DNA from: a virus
Strand: one strand, 5' to 3'
Length of the DNA stretch: 64,000 bases
Virus record (IMG/VR): IMGVR_UViG_3300037245_001361
Span: 7,214-71,213 of that record
Shown here: positions 8,371 to 16,543 of the stretch, piece after piece
Numbering within the stretch: the first letter of the stretch is position 1
How the letters are laid out: each line of letters begins with the position of its first letter
Notes under the pieces: model-generated
The model's input: the letters and a program-made list of their open reading frames with translations, nothing else
Databases searched by the model: none
What the model was told of the DNA's origin: nothing
Position numbers and translations under genes: made by a program

Positions 8371-8390
8371 ATGTATTTTTAGTACATTTA
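8371..8390 (+). promoter_or_regulatory. palindromic operator-like site overlapping a -7-like box
   Basis: ATGTATT-TTT-AGTACAT (16/17 match to the reverse complement of 60318-60334); TACATTTA at 8383-8390. Confidence 0.5.
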
Positions 8391-8397
8391 CTACCCT

Positions 8398-8667
8398 ATG
8401 AAGCACGTTAATCAAAGAATATTGCTTATACCAAGTAATGTATTTAGAAATAAAAGCATCAAGAATGTTGCTCTGTTTTACGGTGAACTATACTCTCAAT
8501 TAAACAAAATTGACATTGATAAAAATGTCAAAGTTTGTTGTGAAGAGATTAGTTTAACCAATGGCAGAATAACAAGTCTCAAAAATCAATCAACTAAAGA
8601 ATTTCACGAGTCCACTCTTTACAGAATGGAAAATCCAAATTCACATTTTCTAATTTTTAATAACTAA
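8398..8667 (+). CDS. hypothetical protein
   Basis: 89-aa ORF in the operon. Confidence 0.55.
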   Translation: MKHVNQRILLIPSNVFRNKSIKNVALFYGELYSQLNKIDIDKNVKVCCEEISLTNGRITSLKNQSTKEFHESTLYRMENPNSHFLIFNN

Positions 8668-8669
8668 GA

Positions 8670-9362
8670 ATGAAACCAAACATTTTTATTGTCGGGCCAT
8701 CTGGTACCGGTAAATCAACATCTTTAAAAAATCTTAACCCCGAAACAACAATTGTGTTGAATACGGAGCAAAAAGCATTACCATTCAGAGGTGCAGGAAA
8801 GTTTAAATTAAATGTTCCTATAGCTGATATGAAAGCATTTCACATTGCCTTTGATAAAGCTCTTGCAAGTACAAAAGCTAAAGTAATCGTAATTGAATCT
8901 TTTACTTCTTTAGTAGAACATCTTTATAGATATTCAAACTCAATGTTTTCAAACTTTGACGTATGGAACAACTACAAAGAAGAAGTTGGAACTATTTTGA
9001 ATAAATCAAAAGGTACAGACAAGTACGTTGTGTTTACAGGTATTGACGAAACTATTGATGGAGCCAATGGTGTTGAACAGCGAATTATTTCTGTTGAAGG
9101 AAAAGCTTGGAAAGGTAAAGTAGAAAAAGAATTTGTTATTAATTTATTCAGTGCAGTATCTCCAAAAGAAAGTGGAGGAATTACACACGAATTTGTTACA
9201 AATAGGATTCAAGGTTATGAAAATTACCCTTGTAAATCCCCAGATGAAATGCTTCCTGAAAGAATGCCTAATGATTTAGCATTGGTAATCAAATACGCAG
9301 AAGCATATTATAACGGAGAGGAAGTTCCGCAAACAGAAACAGCACCAACTAAAGAATCATAA
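8670..9362 (+). CDS. AAA-family ATPase (Sak4/AAA_24-like)
   Basis: GPSGTGKSTSLKNL Walker A, VIVIES Walker B, KSP near the C-terminus; adjacent to SSB. Confidence 0.8.
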   Translation: MKPNIFIVGPSGTGKSTSLKNLNPETTIVLNTEQKALPFRGAGKFKLNVPIADMKAFHIAFDKALASTKAKVIVIESFTSLVEHLYRYSNSMFSNFDVWNNYKEEVGTILNKSKGTDKYVVFTGIDETIDGANGVEQRIISVEGKAWKGKVEKEFVINLFSAVSPKESGGITHEFVTNRIQGYENYPCKSPDEMLPERMPNDLALVIKYAEAYYNGEEVPQTETAPTKES

Positions 9363-9387
9363 TTATTAATTATTAAAATTTAAAACA

Positions 9388-10002
9388 ATGAGTTTTGACC
9401 AAGAAATGAATGAAGTGGCTAAAGCAGAGTCTAAGCCAAATTATATATCAGTACCATGCGTAGCATTAGTAACTGTTAAGAAATATGAAATGTCTCCAAG
9501 TGATCATAAAGGAAGACCTTATATTGAATTTACATTTGAAACGTGTGATGATGCTAAGTCTGTAAATAATTCAAGACTATATAGAGCATTGCCTACAGAT
9601 TCAGAAGAAGTAAAAGGCTTTATGAATACTTCTATTAAAAGTTTACTTACAAATGCTGGAGCTAATTGGGATTTGAAAGGAGAAGAAATTATTAAATCTG
9701 CTATTGGAAATAAAGTTAAAGCTTTATTTAAGCAGGAAGAGTATATTGGTGCTGATAAAAATGCAAACAATATGCCTGTAGTTAGAACTTCTATAAAGTA
9801 TTCTTTTAGTGGTTTACCTGATGCTGAATTGCAAGGTAATCAAACGTATTTTCACAAAAGGCTAAAAGAGGCTGACATTAAAAAGTTAGAGGGCCTTATG
9901 GATAAATGGAAAAGAGATAATCCAGACAGTCCACAAGCTAATCCTTCAACTGCACAAAGTGTTGAAGATGCACCTGCTACAGATGATGATTTGCCATTTT
10001 AA
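9388..10002 (+). CDS. single-stranded DNA-binding protein (phage OB-fold type)
   Basis: Acidic C-terminal DDDLPF tail; follows the AAA ATPase. Confidence 0.7.
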   Translation: MSFDQEMNEVAKAESKPNYISVPCVALVTVKKYEMSPSDHKGRPYIEFTFETCDDAKSVNNSRLYRALPTDSEEVKGFMNTSIKSLLTNAGANWDLKGEEIIKSAIGNKVKALFKQEEYIGADKNANNMPVVRTSIKYSFSGLPDAELQGNQTYFHKRLKEADIKKLEGLMDKWKRDNPDSPQANPSTAQSVEDAPATDDDLPF

Positions 10003-10009
10003 AATAAGT

Positions 10010-10035
10010 ACAGAGAGTTCTTCGGAGCTCTCTGT
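10010..10035 (+). repeat. Intercistronic hairpin H6 with C(UUCG)G tetraloop
   Basis: ACAGAGAGTTC-TTCG-GAGCTCTCTGT. Confidence 0.85.
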
Positions 10036-10051
10036 TATTTAAATTTGAATT

Positions 10052-10219
10052 ATGAAAGAAGAAATAAGAGATTTGATAGAAGAACTTGATTTAAGGCTTT
10101 GTTTTAAATTTATAGATTTTGAGCAAAAAATTATATCTCAAGCAATAAAGCAAATAGAAAACAATCCTTTTCTTTCATTTTGCGAAAAACAAAAATTAAT
10201 AAAAGAATATTATGGTTAA
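10052..10219 (+). CDS. hypothetical protein (55 aa)
   Basis: MKEEIRDLIEELDLRLCFKF...KEYYG*; manual translation. Confidence 0.55.
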   Translation: MKEEIRDLIEELDLRLCFKFIDFEQKIISQAIKQIENNPFLSFCEKQKLIKEYYG

Positions 10220-10649
10220 GAATTTAGATGGATTAAAACACTTAATGTCAAAACTTATAGCTCAGGCTACAAAAGAAAATGAAGAAGGACCACATACCTT
10301 TAAAGTAAGAGTAAATGGAAATTGGGAGCCTATAGATAATGATGTTAAAGAATCTATGATGGCTTTATTTTCTGGTTCATCTATGATGTTGTCAGATTTG
10401 TTTGTAATATTTAATGGAGAATATACCATTATAGAATTAAGAAGCTATGATGTTCGTCATATTCTTTCTTATGTAAAGAGTTTAGAGGGAAAGATTGGTG
10501 ATATTAAAACTAATGATTTTGCTATTAAAAGCCTTAATACTGCAATATCATTACTTGATGATTTCAATAATAACTTTGGAGAAGGTAAGTGGAATAAAAC
10601 TGAAGAAATTACAAAGCTCGATGAAGCTATAAAAACTTTGAAAAATTAA
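10212..10649 (+). CDS. hypothetical protein
   Basis: 145-aa ORF in the operon. Confidence 0.7.
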   Translation: MVKNLDGLKHLMSKLIAQATKENEEGPHTFKVRVNGNWEPIDNDVKESMMALFSGSSMMLSDLFVIFNGEYTIIELRSYDVRHILSYVKSLEGKIGDIKTNDFAIKSLNTAISLLDDFNNNFGEGKWNKTEEITKLDEAIKTLKN

Positions 10650-10651
10650 TT

Positions 10652-10861
10652 ATGAAAAAACTATTATTAGCTATTATTATAGCCGCAGCATTTACCTCGT
10701 GTAAAAAAGAATACACTTGTAGTTGCACAAGAACGCTTTCCGATGGAACACCAAACGGAACAAGTACTTATCAAGTAGACGATAAGCAAAGATGTGGAGC
10801 AGACGGACAATCAGTTCGTGTTGATGCTGCAGGAATAACTCACAATTGTAAAATACAATAA
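10652..10861 (+). CDS. small lipoprotein
   Basis: MKKLLLAIIIAAAFTS|CKKE signal peptide II/lipobox; four further Cys. Confidence 0.75.
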   Translation: MKKLLLAIIIAAAFTSCKKEYTCSCTRTLSDGTPNGTSTYQVDDKQRCGADGQSVRVDAAGITHNCKIQ

Positions 10862-10863
10862 TC

Positions 10864-10894
10864 AACTAAAAGGGTGCTTCGGTGCTCTTTAGTT
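10864..10894 (+). repeat. Intercistronic hairpin H7 with C(UUCG)G tetraloop
   Basis: AACTAAAAGGGTGC-TTCG-GTGCTCTTTAGTT with several G.U pairs. Confidence 0.75.
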
Positions 10895-10908
10895 TTAAAA
10901 TAGATATT

Positions 10909-11493
10909 ATGACAGAATTTGATAGTAAAGAAGAACTTCATTTCTCCTGGTACTTAAATGAATTAAGAAATGCAGGATATATCAATAAATGGGATAAGTT
11001 TGAAAATGTAAATGACCCTTACCCACTTACTGAGGGATTGGCACATAAGTATATCAAGCCGATGAAAAGAGTTGAGGATAAGGAGTTATATCAAACAATT
11101 CTTGCTCCATCAGTTTATACTCCTGATTTTAAAATATGGTGGACACCAAAAGCAAGAGGTATTTTTGTTACGGATCTGAATATTTATTCAAAAGAAAAAA
11201 TTACTACTCCTTTCATTTGTCAAGATGGTATTTCCATTGTTGAAACTAAAGGGACTTTCGATATGGGTAATATGACAAGATTGGCCAATAATAACATTAA
11301 GTTTGTTTACCAAAAATTTGGAGTGTTTATCAACATGATTAAAGTTCCAACTATATTCAAGAATACATTTACACCAGACAGATATTTGTTAACATATAAA
11401 TCATTCAAAGCACGTAAAATAAATTACGGAACTAAAAAGAAATATATTGGACCTCGAACTCTATCAGCATTTAAAAATCAGATACAGAAATAG
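10909..11493 (+). CDS. PD-(D/E)xK endonuclease (T7 endonuclease I/DUF1064-like)
   Basis: FDSKEE, YTPDF, VETKG; ATG 10909 preferred. Confidence 0.75.
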   Translation: MTEFDSKEELHFSWYLNELRNAGYINKWDKFENVNDPYPLTEGLAHKYIKPMKRVEDKELYQTILAPSVYTPDFKIWWTPKARGIFVTDLNIYSKEKITTPFICQDGISIVETKGTFDMGNMTRLANNNIKFVYQKFGVFINMIKVPTIFKNTFTPDRYLLTYKSFKARKINYGTKKKYIGPRTLSAFKNQIQK

Positions 11494-11803
11494 TATCAAG
11501 CTTATTGATGACAATGGGCTAAAAGGTATTATACTATTCAATGAAACATCTAAAGAAATGAGAAAGATGTGGATTAAGTATAAATACTCAAAATTTGGAT
11601 ATGTTAAGACAACTCAGATTGAATTAATAAAAAGTAATGGCGAAAGAATACCATTGAATAAGGAGATTTATGAGATTGATATTATTGAATTTGTTAAATA
11701 CGCTTTAACAAGAGGATATGATTGGAAACTCTTTGGAGAACCTGATTGGAAAGCTATCGAGCCACAAAAGAAAAAGAAATTTATGAAACCACGAAAACGA
11801 TAA
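11447..11803 (+). CDS. hypothetical basic protein
   Basis: 118-aa ORF in the operon. Confidence 0.6.
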   Translation: MDLELYQHLKIRYRNSIKLIDDNGLKGIILFNETSKEMRKMWIKYKYSKFGYVKTTQIELIKSNGERIPLNKEIYEIDIIEFVKYALTRGYDWKLFGEPDWKAIEPQKKKKFMKPRKR

Positions 11804-11806
11804 AAT

Positions 11807-12667
11807 ATGTTTGTATCAAGCGATGAAGCAAAAGACTTTATGAAAGAACAAGAAACCTTTGACAAAAACAAAGGCAAAATTTTAGATTGGACAGATGGTA
11901 AATACTATTCTGATACCAAATTTGTAACAAATTCTCATTTAGGTAAACTAATTGAGGGAGGTCCACAACACTTAAAAATGTACTACGAAAAAGGTGGTTC
12001 AGAAGATACTGATGCAATGATATTCGGTAGAGCAGCGCATTGTTTACTATTAGAAGAAGATTCTTTTGAAGGTAGATTCTATGCTATAGATGATTCTGAA
12101 ATATGCCTTAAAATTGGTGGTGCAAGACCAAGAACTACAAATAAATATAAAGAATGGATTGAGCCTTTAAAAGCTGAGAACGCTCATAGACAGTTATTGT
12201 CTTTAGATGATATTACAACCATCAAAGATATGATTGACAGAGCTATGTCTTACAAGCAAGTAAGAGATATGGTTGAAGCTGCAAATCATAGAGAAATTGT
12301 TTATCAAGGAGAACTTGAAGGTGTAGAATGCAAAATTAAAGTAGATGCTATCAATACAAGCAACTTTATTTTGGATTATAAAACTATGAGGGATCCTGCA
12401 ACTTTAAGAAATGCAGGGAAAGCATTAAGGCAAAGGCAATATGGAAGACAAGGTGCTTTCTATACCGATGTTTCAAAAGTTGATGATTTTTGGTTTTTAT
12501 TTCAAGAGAAGACTTATCCTTATACTGTATCTTTAGCTAAGCTATCTGATTTCAGCTATGAAGAAGGTCAGAAGCAGTATAAAGATGCTTTAGGAATTTA
12601 CAAGCATCATTTCATTAGTAATGACCCAAAGAATATTGATAATTTCTTAGAGGTAGGACAAGTGTAA
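11807..12667 (+). CDS. RecE/exonuclease VIII-like PD-(D/E)xK nuclease (DUF3799-like)
   Basis: AMIFGRAAHCLLLE, KIKVD, LDYKT, YGRQGAFY, QEKTYPY. Confidence 0.8.
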   Translation: MFVSSDEAKDFMKEQETFDKNKGKILDWTDGKYYSDTKFVTNSHLGKLIEGGPQHLKMYYEKGGSEDTDAMIFGRAAHCLLLEEDSFEGRFYAIDDSEICLKIGGARPRTTNKYKEWIEPLKAENAHRQLLSLDDITTIKDMIDRAMSYKQVRDMVEAANHREIVYQGELEGVECKIKVDAINTSNFILDYKTMRDPATLRNAGKALRQRQYGRQGAFYTDVSKVDDFWFLFQEKTYPYTVSLAKLSDFSYEEGQKQYKDALGIYKHHFISNDPKNIDNFLEVGQV

Positions 12668-12673
12668 AAAAAT

Positions 12674-12695
12674 CGGAGGGCTTTATTGCTCTCCG
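12674..12695 (+). repeat. Intercistronic hairpin H8
   Basis: CGGAGGGC-TTTATT-GCTCTCCG. Confidence 0.75.
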
Positions 12696-12723
12696 TTATT
12701 AATAATTAATTAAATCTTAAATT

Positions 12724-13182
12724 ATGGCAAAAGTAAGAGAGTTTGAAATAGGACAAGCCTATGACCCAAGCTTATCAATTGGAGGTGCAGAAGCAGTTAA
12801 AGATACTATGGAAAGTATTGCTGACTCTGTAACCAATGAAAGTTTTACTAAAATCTTATCGGAAGACGAGATTATAGAAAAGCAAAAAGAATTATCTAAA
12901 GCTTGTATTCTAATCAATGAAATTGAAATTGAAAAGAAAGAAGTTATGGATGAGTTTAAGTTACAATTAAAGGAGCCAAATGCGGAAAAGGCTGAGTTAT
13001 TACACGCAATCAAATACAAGTCTGAGGAAAGGGTAGGTAATCTTTACCATCTTGCTGACCAAGAGAATGGATTTATGTACATTTTCGATGAAGGTGGAGT
13101 ATGTGTAGATAGTAGACTACTAAAACCTACTGAAAGACAATTAAGTATTAAACATGCTAAAACTGGTACAGATGGAGAATGA
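12724..13182 (+). CDS. hypothetical coiled-coil protein
   Basis: 152 aa with a central coiled coil; coupled to the next gene. Confidence 0.7.
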   Translation: MAKVREFEIGQAYDPSLSIGGAEAVKDTMESIADSVTNESFTKILSEDEIIEKQKELSKACILINEIEIEKKEVMDEFKLQLKEPNAEKAELLHAIKYKSEERVGNLYHLADQENGFMYIFDEGGVCVDSRLLKPTERQLSIKHAKTGTDGE

Positions 13183-13912
13183 TGTAGTAAAAAAAGACAA
13201 TGAAAAAACTGCTATCAAAATGATTGATAGAAATATCGAAGAAGTAGTAATTCGCAAAGGATATGCATTAACATTGCACCACCCAAATAATGTTTCTATT
13301 GCAGGAACAATTTCTGCTCCAGGTAAATTTATTCTTGATAGACATGAAGATTTTGAAAAGAACAAAGCTTATTGTGCTGTTAAAAGAGAAGAAAAACAAA
13401 TTCGATTAATTCTTAATGAGCAAAACCAACATGGACATTATGAAATTATTGGTAAAATTAAAGTAGGTTCTAAATTTACTGCTCTTGGAATTAATGATTC
13501 AAGTAAATCTTACTCTCCAATGGAGCTTTCTAAGAAGCTTAAAATGATGAGAAGCATATTTACAAGTAGAGCAGAACATGGTACTGTTGTAAATGCGCTT
13601 AGGCAGATTAAAGCTAAATTAAAGCAAGATATCGAAGCTAAAGATGATTCAAGAGGAAATGTTTCAGGTTCATTTGAGCAAACTTTAGAAAGCAATGTTC
13701 CAGAAAACTTTACTTTAGAACTTCCTTTACTTGAAGGAGAAAAGAAAGTGAAATTTAAAGTTGATGTTTGGATTGAAGGAAATTCTTACAATGATTTAAG
13801 ATGTTATTTGGAAAGTGTAGATGCTGCTGATATGATTGAAGAAGCTGTTGATAAACGTATCGATGAGGAAATTGATATTATCAAACCTCATGCAGTTGTT
13901 ATTGAGTCTTAA
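13172..13912 (+). CDS. hypothetical protein (weak resemblance to DUF2303/YfdQ-like)
   Basis: VPENFTLELPLLEG C-terminal pattern; ATG 13172 preferred; family call weak. Confidence 0.5.
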   Translation: MENDVVKKDNEKTAIKMIDRNIEEVVIRKGYALTLHHPNNVSIAGTISAPGKFILDRHEDFEKNKAYCAVKREEKQIRLILNEQNQHGHYEIIGKIKVGSKFTALGINDSSKSYSPMELSKKLKMMRSIFTSRAEHGTVVNALRQIKAKLKQDIEAKDDSRGNVSGSFEQTLESNVPENFTLELPLLEGEKKVKFKVDVWIEGNSYNDLRCYLESVDAADMIEEAVDKRIDEEIDIIKPHAVVIES

Positions 13913-13934
13913 TTAAGTAATAAATAAGTAATTT

Positions 13935-13958
13935 CAAAGAGGGCTTCGGTCCTCTTTG
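13935..13958 (+). repeat. Intercistronic hairpin H9 with C(UUCG)G tetraloop
   Basis: CAAAGAGGGC-TTCG-GTCCTCTTTG. Confidence 0.85.
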
Positions 13959-13977
13959 TTATTTAAACTAAATTATT

Positions 13978-14235
13978 ATGAAAGAAAAAGACAGAATGAA
14001 AGCTGCAGAAGGAGGGCTTGTGATAGTTGTTGATACAGGTAATTATAAAGCTTCTTATTCTGAAGAAGTTCCTTTTACAGCAAACCTTTATAAAACTACA
14101 GACTATCCAACTTGTTGGGTAAGAAGTGTTGTAACCGGAAAAGAATATGAATTATATTCAAATCAAATACTTGAATTAATGGAAGAAAAAAATATTAAAA
14201 AATTAATAAACTTAAAGGAGTATGGAGAAAGTTGA
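13978..14235 (+). CDS. hypothetical protein
   Basis: 85-aa ORF. Confidence 0.65.
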   Translation: MKEKDRMKAAEGGLVIVVDTGNYKASYSEEVPFTANLYKTTDYPTCWVRSVVTGKEYELYSNQILELMEEKNIKKLINLKEYGES

Positions 14236-14461
14236 AGATATGTTTCCAGAATTAAGACCTCCGCTACCATTAGTTGAATATGTAGTTGGAGCTTGTTATT
14301 CAGTTCACGAGAAAACATTATATCTATCCGTATTTAATAAAACAGAAAATATGTTTCAACATGAAATAAAAGTATTTGTAACGGAAGAGCATTCTGCACC
14401 ATTATTTGCAGAGCAAGTAGCTAAATATTTTAAAACAATTGTTTTGTATGAAAAGAATTAA
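14222..14461 (+). CDS. hypothetical protein
   Basis: 79-aa ORF overlapping its neighbours. Confidence 0.6.
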   Translation: MEKVEDMFPELRPPLPLVEYVVGACYSVHEKTLYLSVFNKTENMFQHEIKVFVTEEHSAPLFAEQVAKYFKTIVLYEKN

Positions 14462-14609
14462 AACAAAAGAAATTCAACCAAAAAAACTTATAGCCAAAAT
14501 ACCAATGAAACAAATAGTTATTGATGAAGAACATTCTTGTTTTATGTATTATATTGAAAACAACAAAGTAAAATACAGTTTAATAGCTCATTTGTTTAAA
14601 GAAGGATAA
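14448..14609 (+). CDS. hypothetical protein (53 aa)
   Basis: MKRIKTKEIQPKK...HLFKEG*; fills the gap, next ATG 1 nt after its stop. Confidence 0.55.
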   Translation: MKRIKTKEIQPKKLIAKIPMKQIVIDEEHSCFMYYIENNKVKYSLIAHLFKEG

Positions 14610-14610
14610 T

Positions 14611-14961
14611 ATGATAGTACTATACAAAAAAGAAAATAACCAATTTACAGCAAGTTTTGAGGATAGTCAAGGGTTTAAAACTCACTTTGGACCTTATCCA
14701 ATAAAACTCAGCATGATTCTTTGTGTTCACGAACACTTTAAATATTCCAAAAAAGAAAAACCAATAATAATAGAGCAACCTTGGGAATCATTAATGATTA
14801 ATGGTATTGATTATGGTAAAAAACTATATGATGTAGCAAAAAGATTAAGACGAGAGGTTTATATGCTATCTATACAAGAGTATATGGATGCTTGGAAAAA
14901 TTGTGGGCTTATATTATATAATCCTATGGATGATTCTCAAATAATTAAAAAATATGATTGA
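14611..14961 (+). CDS. hypothetical protein
   Basis: 116-aa ORF. Confidence 0.65.
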   Translation: MIVLYKKENNQFTASFEDSQGFKTHFGPYPIKLSMILCVHEHFKYSKKEKPIIIEQPWESLMINGIDYGKKLYDVAKRLRREVYMLSIQEYMDAWKNCGLILYNPMDDSQIIKKYD

Positions 14962-15226
14962 TTTAAGAAAACCAATAATCAAAAGGTACCACCAGTACCT
15001 TCTCGCAAAATCAAGAAGAATACAAGGTTCAATGAGCCTATCTCAAAGATTAATTCAAGATTGTGTTTTTGGAACTAACGAAGTTTTTACAAGCTATATT
15101 ACCTATAATTACAAACCTATTTTAATGGAGATGTGGGAGTATGAGTTAAGGCAAAGAATGACAACAATAAAAATGAGAAATGGAACTTCAATTTCAATTC
15201 TGCCAAACCCATTATTTGATGAATAA
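14954..15226 (+). CDS. hypothetical protein
   Basis: 90-aa last ORF of the + block. Confidence 0.6.
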   Translation: MIDLRKPIIKRYHQYLLAKSRRIQGSMSLSQRLIQDCVFGTNEVFTSYITYNYKPILMEMWEYELRQRMTTIKMRNGTSISILPNPLFDE

Positions 15227-15275
15227 AAAAAGGAGAAACTAAGCGAACATTGTTCAAGTTTCTCCTTTTCTTTTT
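15225..15275. terminator. bidirectional intrinsic terminator between convergent early and late blocks
   Basis: AAAAGGAGAAACT (15228-15240) pairs with AGTTTCTCCTTTT (15257-15269); A run on the left, T run on the right. Confidence 0.8.
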
Positions 15276-15305
15276 AGACTTACACCTGGGGAGTGAAGTT
15301 TCTTC

Positions 15306-15551
15306 TTAAATATCTTTATTTTTTTGAGCTTGCTCAATTTTTCTTTTTAACATGTCGTAACTGCAATTAATCTTTGTAGCCTTAACGGATCCTTGGAAAT
15401 AAACCATAGTTGATAAACCATCTTTACCTGTTCCTACTTCATCAGAATTTTCAACAAACCCTCTGTAACTATTTATATTATTGATGTTAATAGTATTCTT
15501 TACTAATTTACCACCCTTAACGAACATTTCTATTTCTATTTCCTGATACAT
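15306..15551 (-). CDS. hypothetical protein
   Basis: 81-aa last late ORF. Confidence 0.65.
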   Translation of the reverse strand: MYQEIEIEMFVKGGKLVKNTININNINSYRGFVENSDEVGTGKDGLSTMVYFQGSVKATKINCSYDMLKRKIEQAQKNKDI

Positions 15552-15552
15552 A

Positions 15553-15948
15553 TCACTTACTTAATAAAATTCCACAAACTAACCCAATACCTAATCCACC
15601 TAACAAACTTGCCTTAGTCATTTTTCGACTACGAACCAAATTTAGAGATATTTTATTAATATTCTCATCTTTTTCAACGATTTGAATGTCTTTATCTACA
15701 ATGAGAGTCCTTAGATTCTCATCGATTTTACGAAAATTAAATATCTGTAATGATAAATTGGAAATTAAACTATCCTTTTTAGGAGAGTTAATAAGACATT
15801 CTAAGGCTCTTTTGTCTTGATTGTCAGTATAACATATACAAGAGTCTCTATCGTGGATTGAAGACTGCCCGTAAGCTATCTCTGTATTCCCTATGAGAAT
15901 CCCAAACAATAGCACTATCAATAGGTATTTCTTTCTGAAGTCTTTCAT
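15553..15948 (-). CDS. membrane protein, possible spanin-like lysis component
   Basis: N-terminal signal-like segment, coiled coil, C-terminal hydrophobic LLGGLGIGLVCGILL. Confidence 0.45.
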   Translation of the reverse strand: MKDFRKKYLLIVLLFGILIGNTEIAYGQSSIHDRDSCICYTDNQDKRALECLINSPKKDSLISNLSLQIFNFRKIDENLRTLIVDKDIQIVEKDENINKISLNLVRSRKMTKASLLGGLGIGLVCGILLSK

Positions 15949-16156
15949 TGTCTTTTTCTATTACTTGATTTTCAATTCTTAATTTTTCGTTCTCAGTCAA
16001 CAATTCCTTATGCTTTAATATTAGCTCTACTGCTTCTTTAGTGTAAGTTTTTTCTGATGGAAAAAACGAATCCTTTAACCCATTGAAAATACTCGAAACG
16101 GAACCCAACGCAAGGAAACCAACAACAACGTATATTAAAATTTTACTCTGTACCAT
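15848..16156 (-). CDS. membrane-anchored coiled-coil protein, possible i-spanin-like
   Basis: MVQSKILIYVVVGFLALGSV TM then coiled coil; overlaps the next gene by ~100 nt. Confidence 0.45.
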   Translation of the reverse strand: MVQSKILIYVVVGFLALGSVSSIFNGLKDSFFPSEKTYTKEAVELILKHKELLTENEKLRIENQVIEKDNERLQKEIPIDSAIVWDSHREYRDSLRAVFNPR

Positions 16157-16373
16157 CTTTCTTTTTGAACATTCCGCTAATAGCACGAAGACCCAACAAA
16201 GAGCAACCTGCAATCAACATTGAATTAAATAAGTCTTTATTTGCGGTATAGAAATCTAAACCGTCAAGAATAAAAGCAGAACAAACCAAAAGCATGATAA
16301 GAAAACCCCAAAATTTCTTTGAAGAATACTTACCACCCTTTTCGTCAGTAAACTGATCAGACCAAAAACTCAT
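16143..16373 (-). CDS. putative holin
   Basis: MSFW...YSSKKFWGF, two TM segments, charged C-terminus KKKDGTE. Confidence 0.55.
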   Translation of the reverse strand: MSFWSDQFTDEKGGKYSSKKFWGFLIMLLVCSAFILDGLDFYTANKDLFNSMLIAGCSLLGLRAISGMFKKKDGTE

Positions 16374-16374
16374 A

Positions 16375-16509
16375 CTATTTAGGCTGAGGTCTAACGTAAG
16401 TTGAGTTCTTTCTTGAACTTGAATTAGTAGGTTTGATTTGAGTAGCACCAGTTTTACTATTAGTATTGTGAGCTCCTGACTTTAATGATTTTCCTTTAGA
16501 TGGTTTCAT
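16375..16509 (-). CDS. small basic peptide (44 aa)
   Basis: MKPSKGKSLKSGAHNTNSKTGATQIKPTNSSSRKNSTYVRPQPK*; TATATTTG box upstream. Confidence 0.55.
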   Translation of the reverse strand: MKPSKGKSLKSGAHNTNSKTGATQIKPTNSSSRKNSTYVRPQPK

Positions 16510-16534
16510 AACTTATTATTATTTAATTAAAATT

Positions 16535-16542
16535 CAAATATA
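16535..16542 (-). promoter_or_regulatory. Bacteroidota -7 promoter box (TATATTTG)
   Basis: Exact TAnnTTTG match in an intergenic gap. Confidence 0.55.
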
Positions 16543-16543
16543 C

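Noticed and set aside
5823-11493. Restriction-modification pair (MTase plus PD-(D/E)xK nuclease)
   Set aside because: The genes are over 4 kb apart and the nuclease looks like a resolvase-type enzyme in the recombination block.
173-13958. Hairpins as integron attC sites or a CRISPR array
   Set aside because: One copy shows TAAC...GTTA ends, but the elements are only ~22-32 nt, diverge in sequence, are separated by whole genes, carry RNA-type UUCG loops, and no integrase or cas gene is in the window.
15276-15305. tRNA or other structured RNA in the convergent gap
   Set aside because: Too short, only a weak imperfect stem, no tRNA arm motifs.
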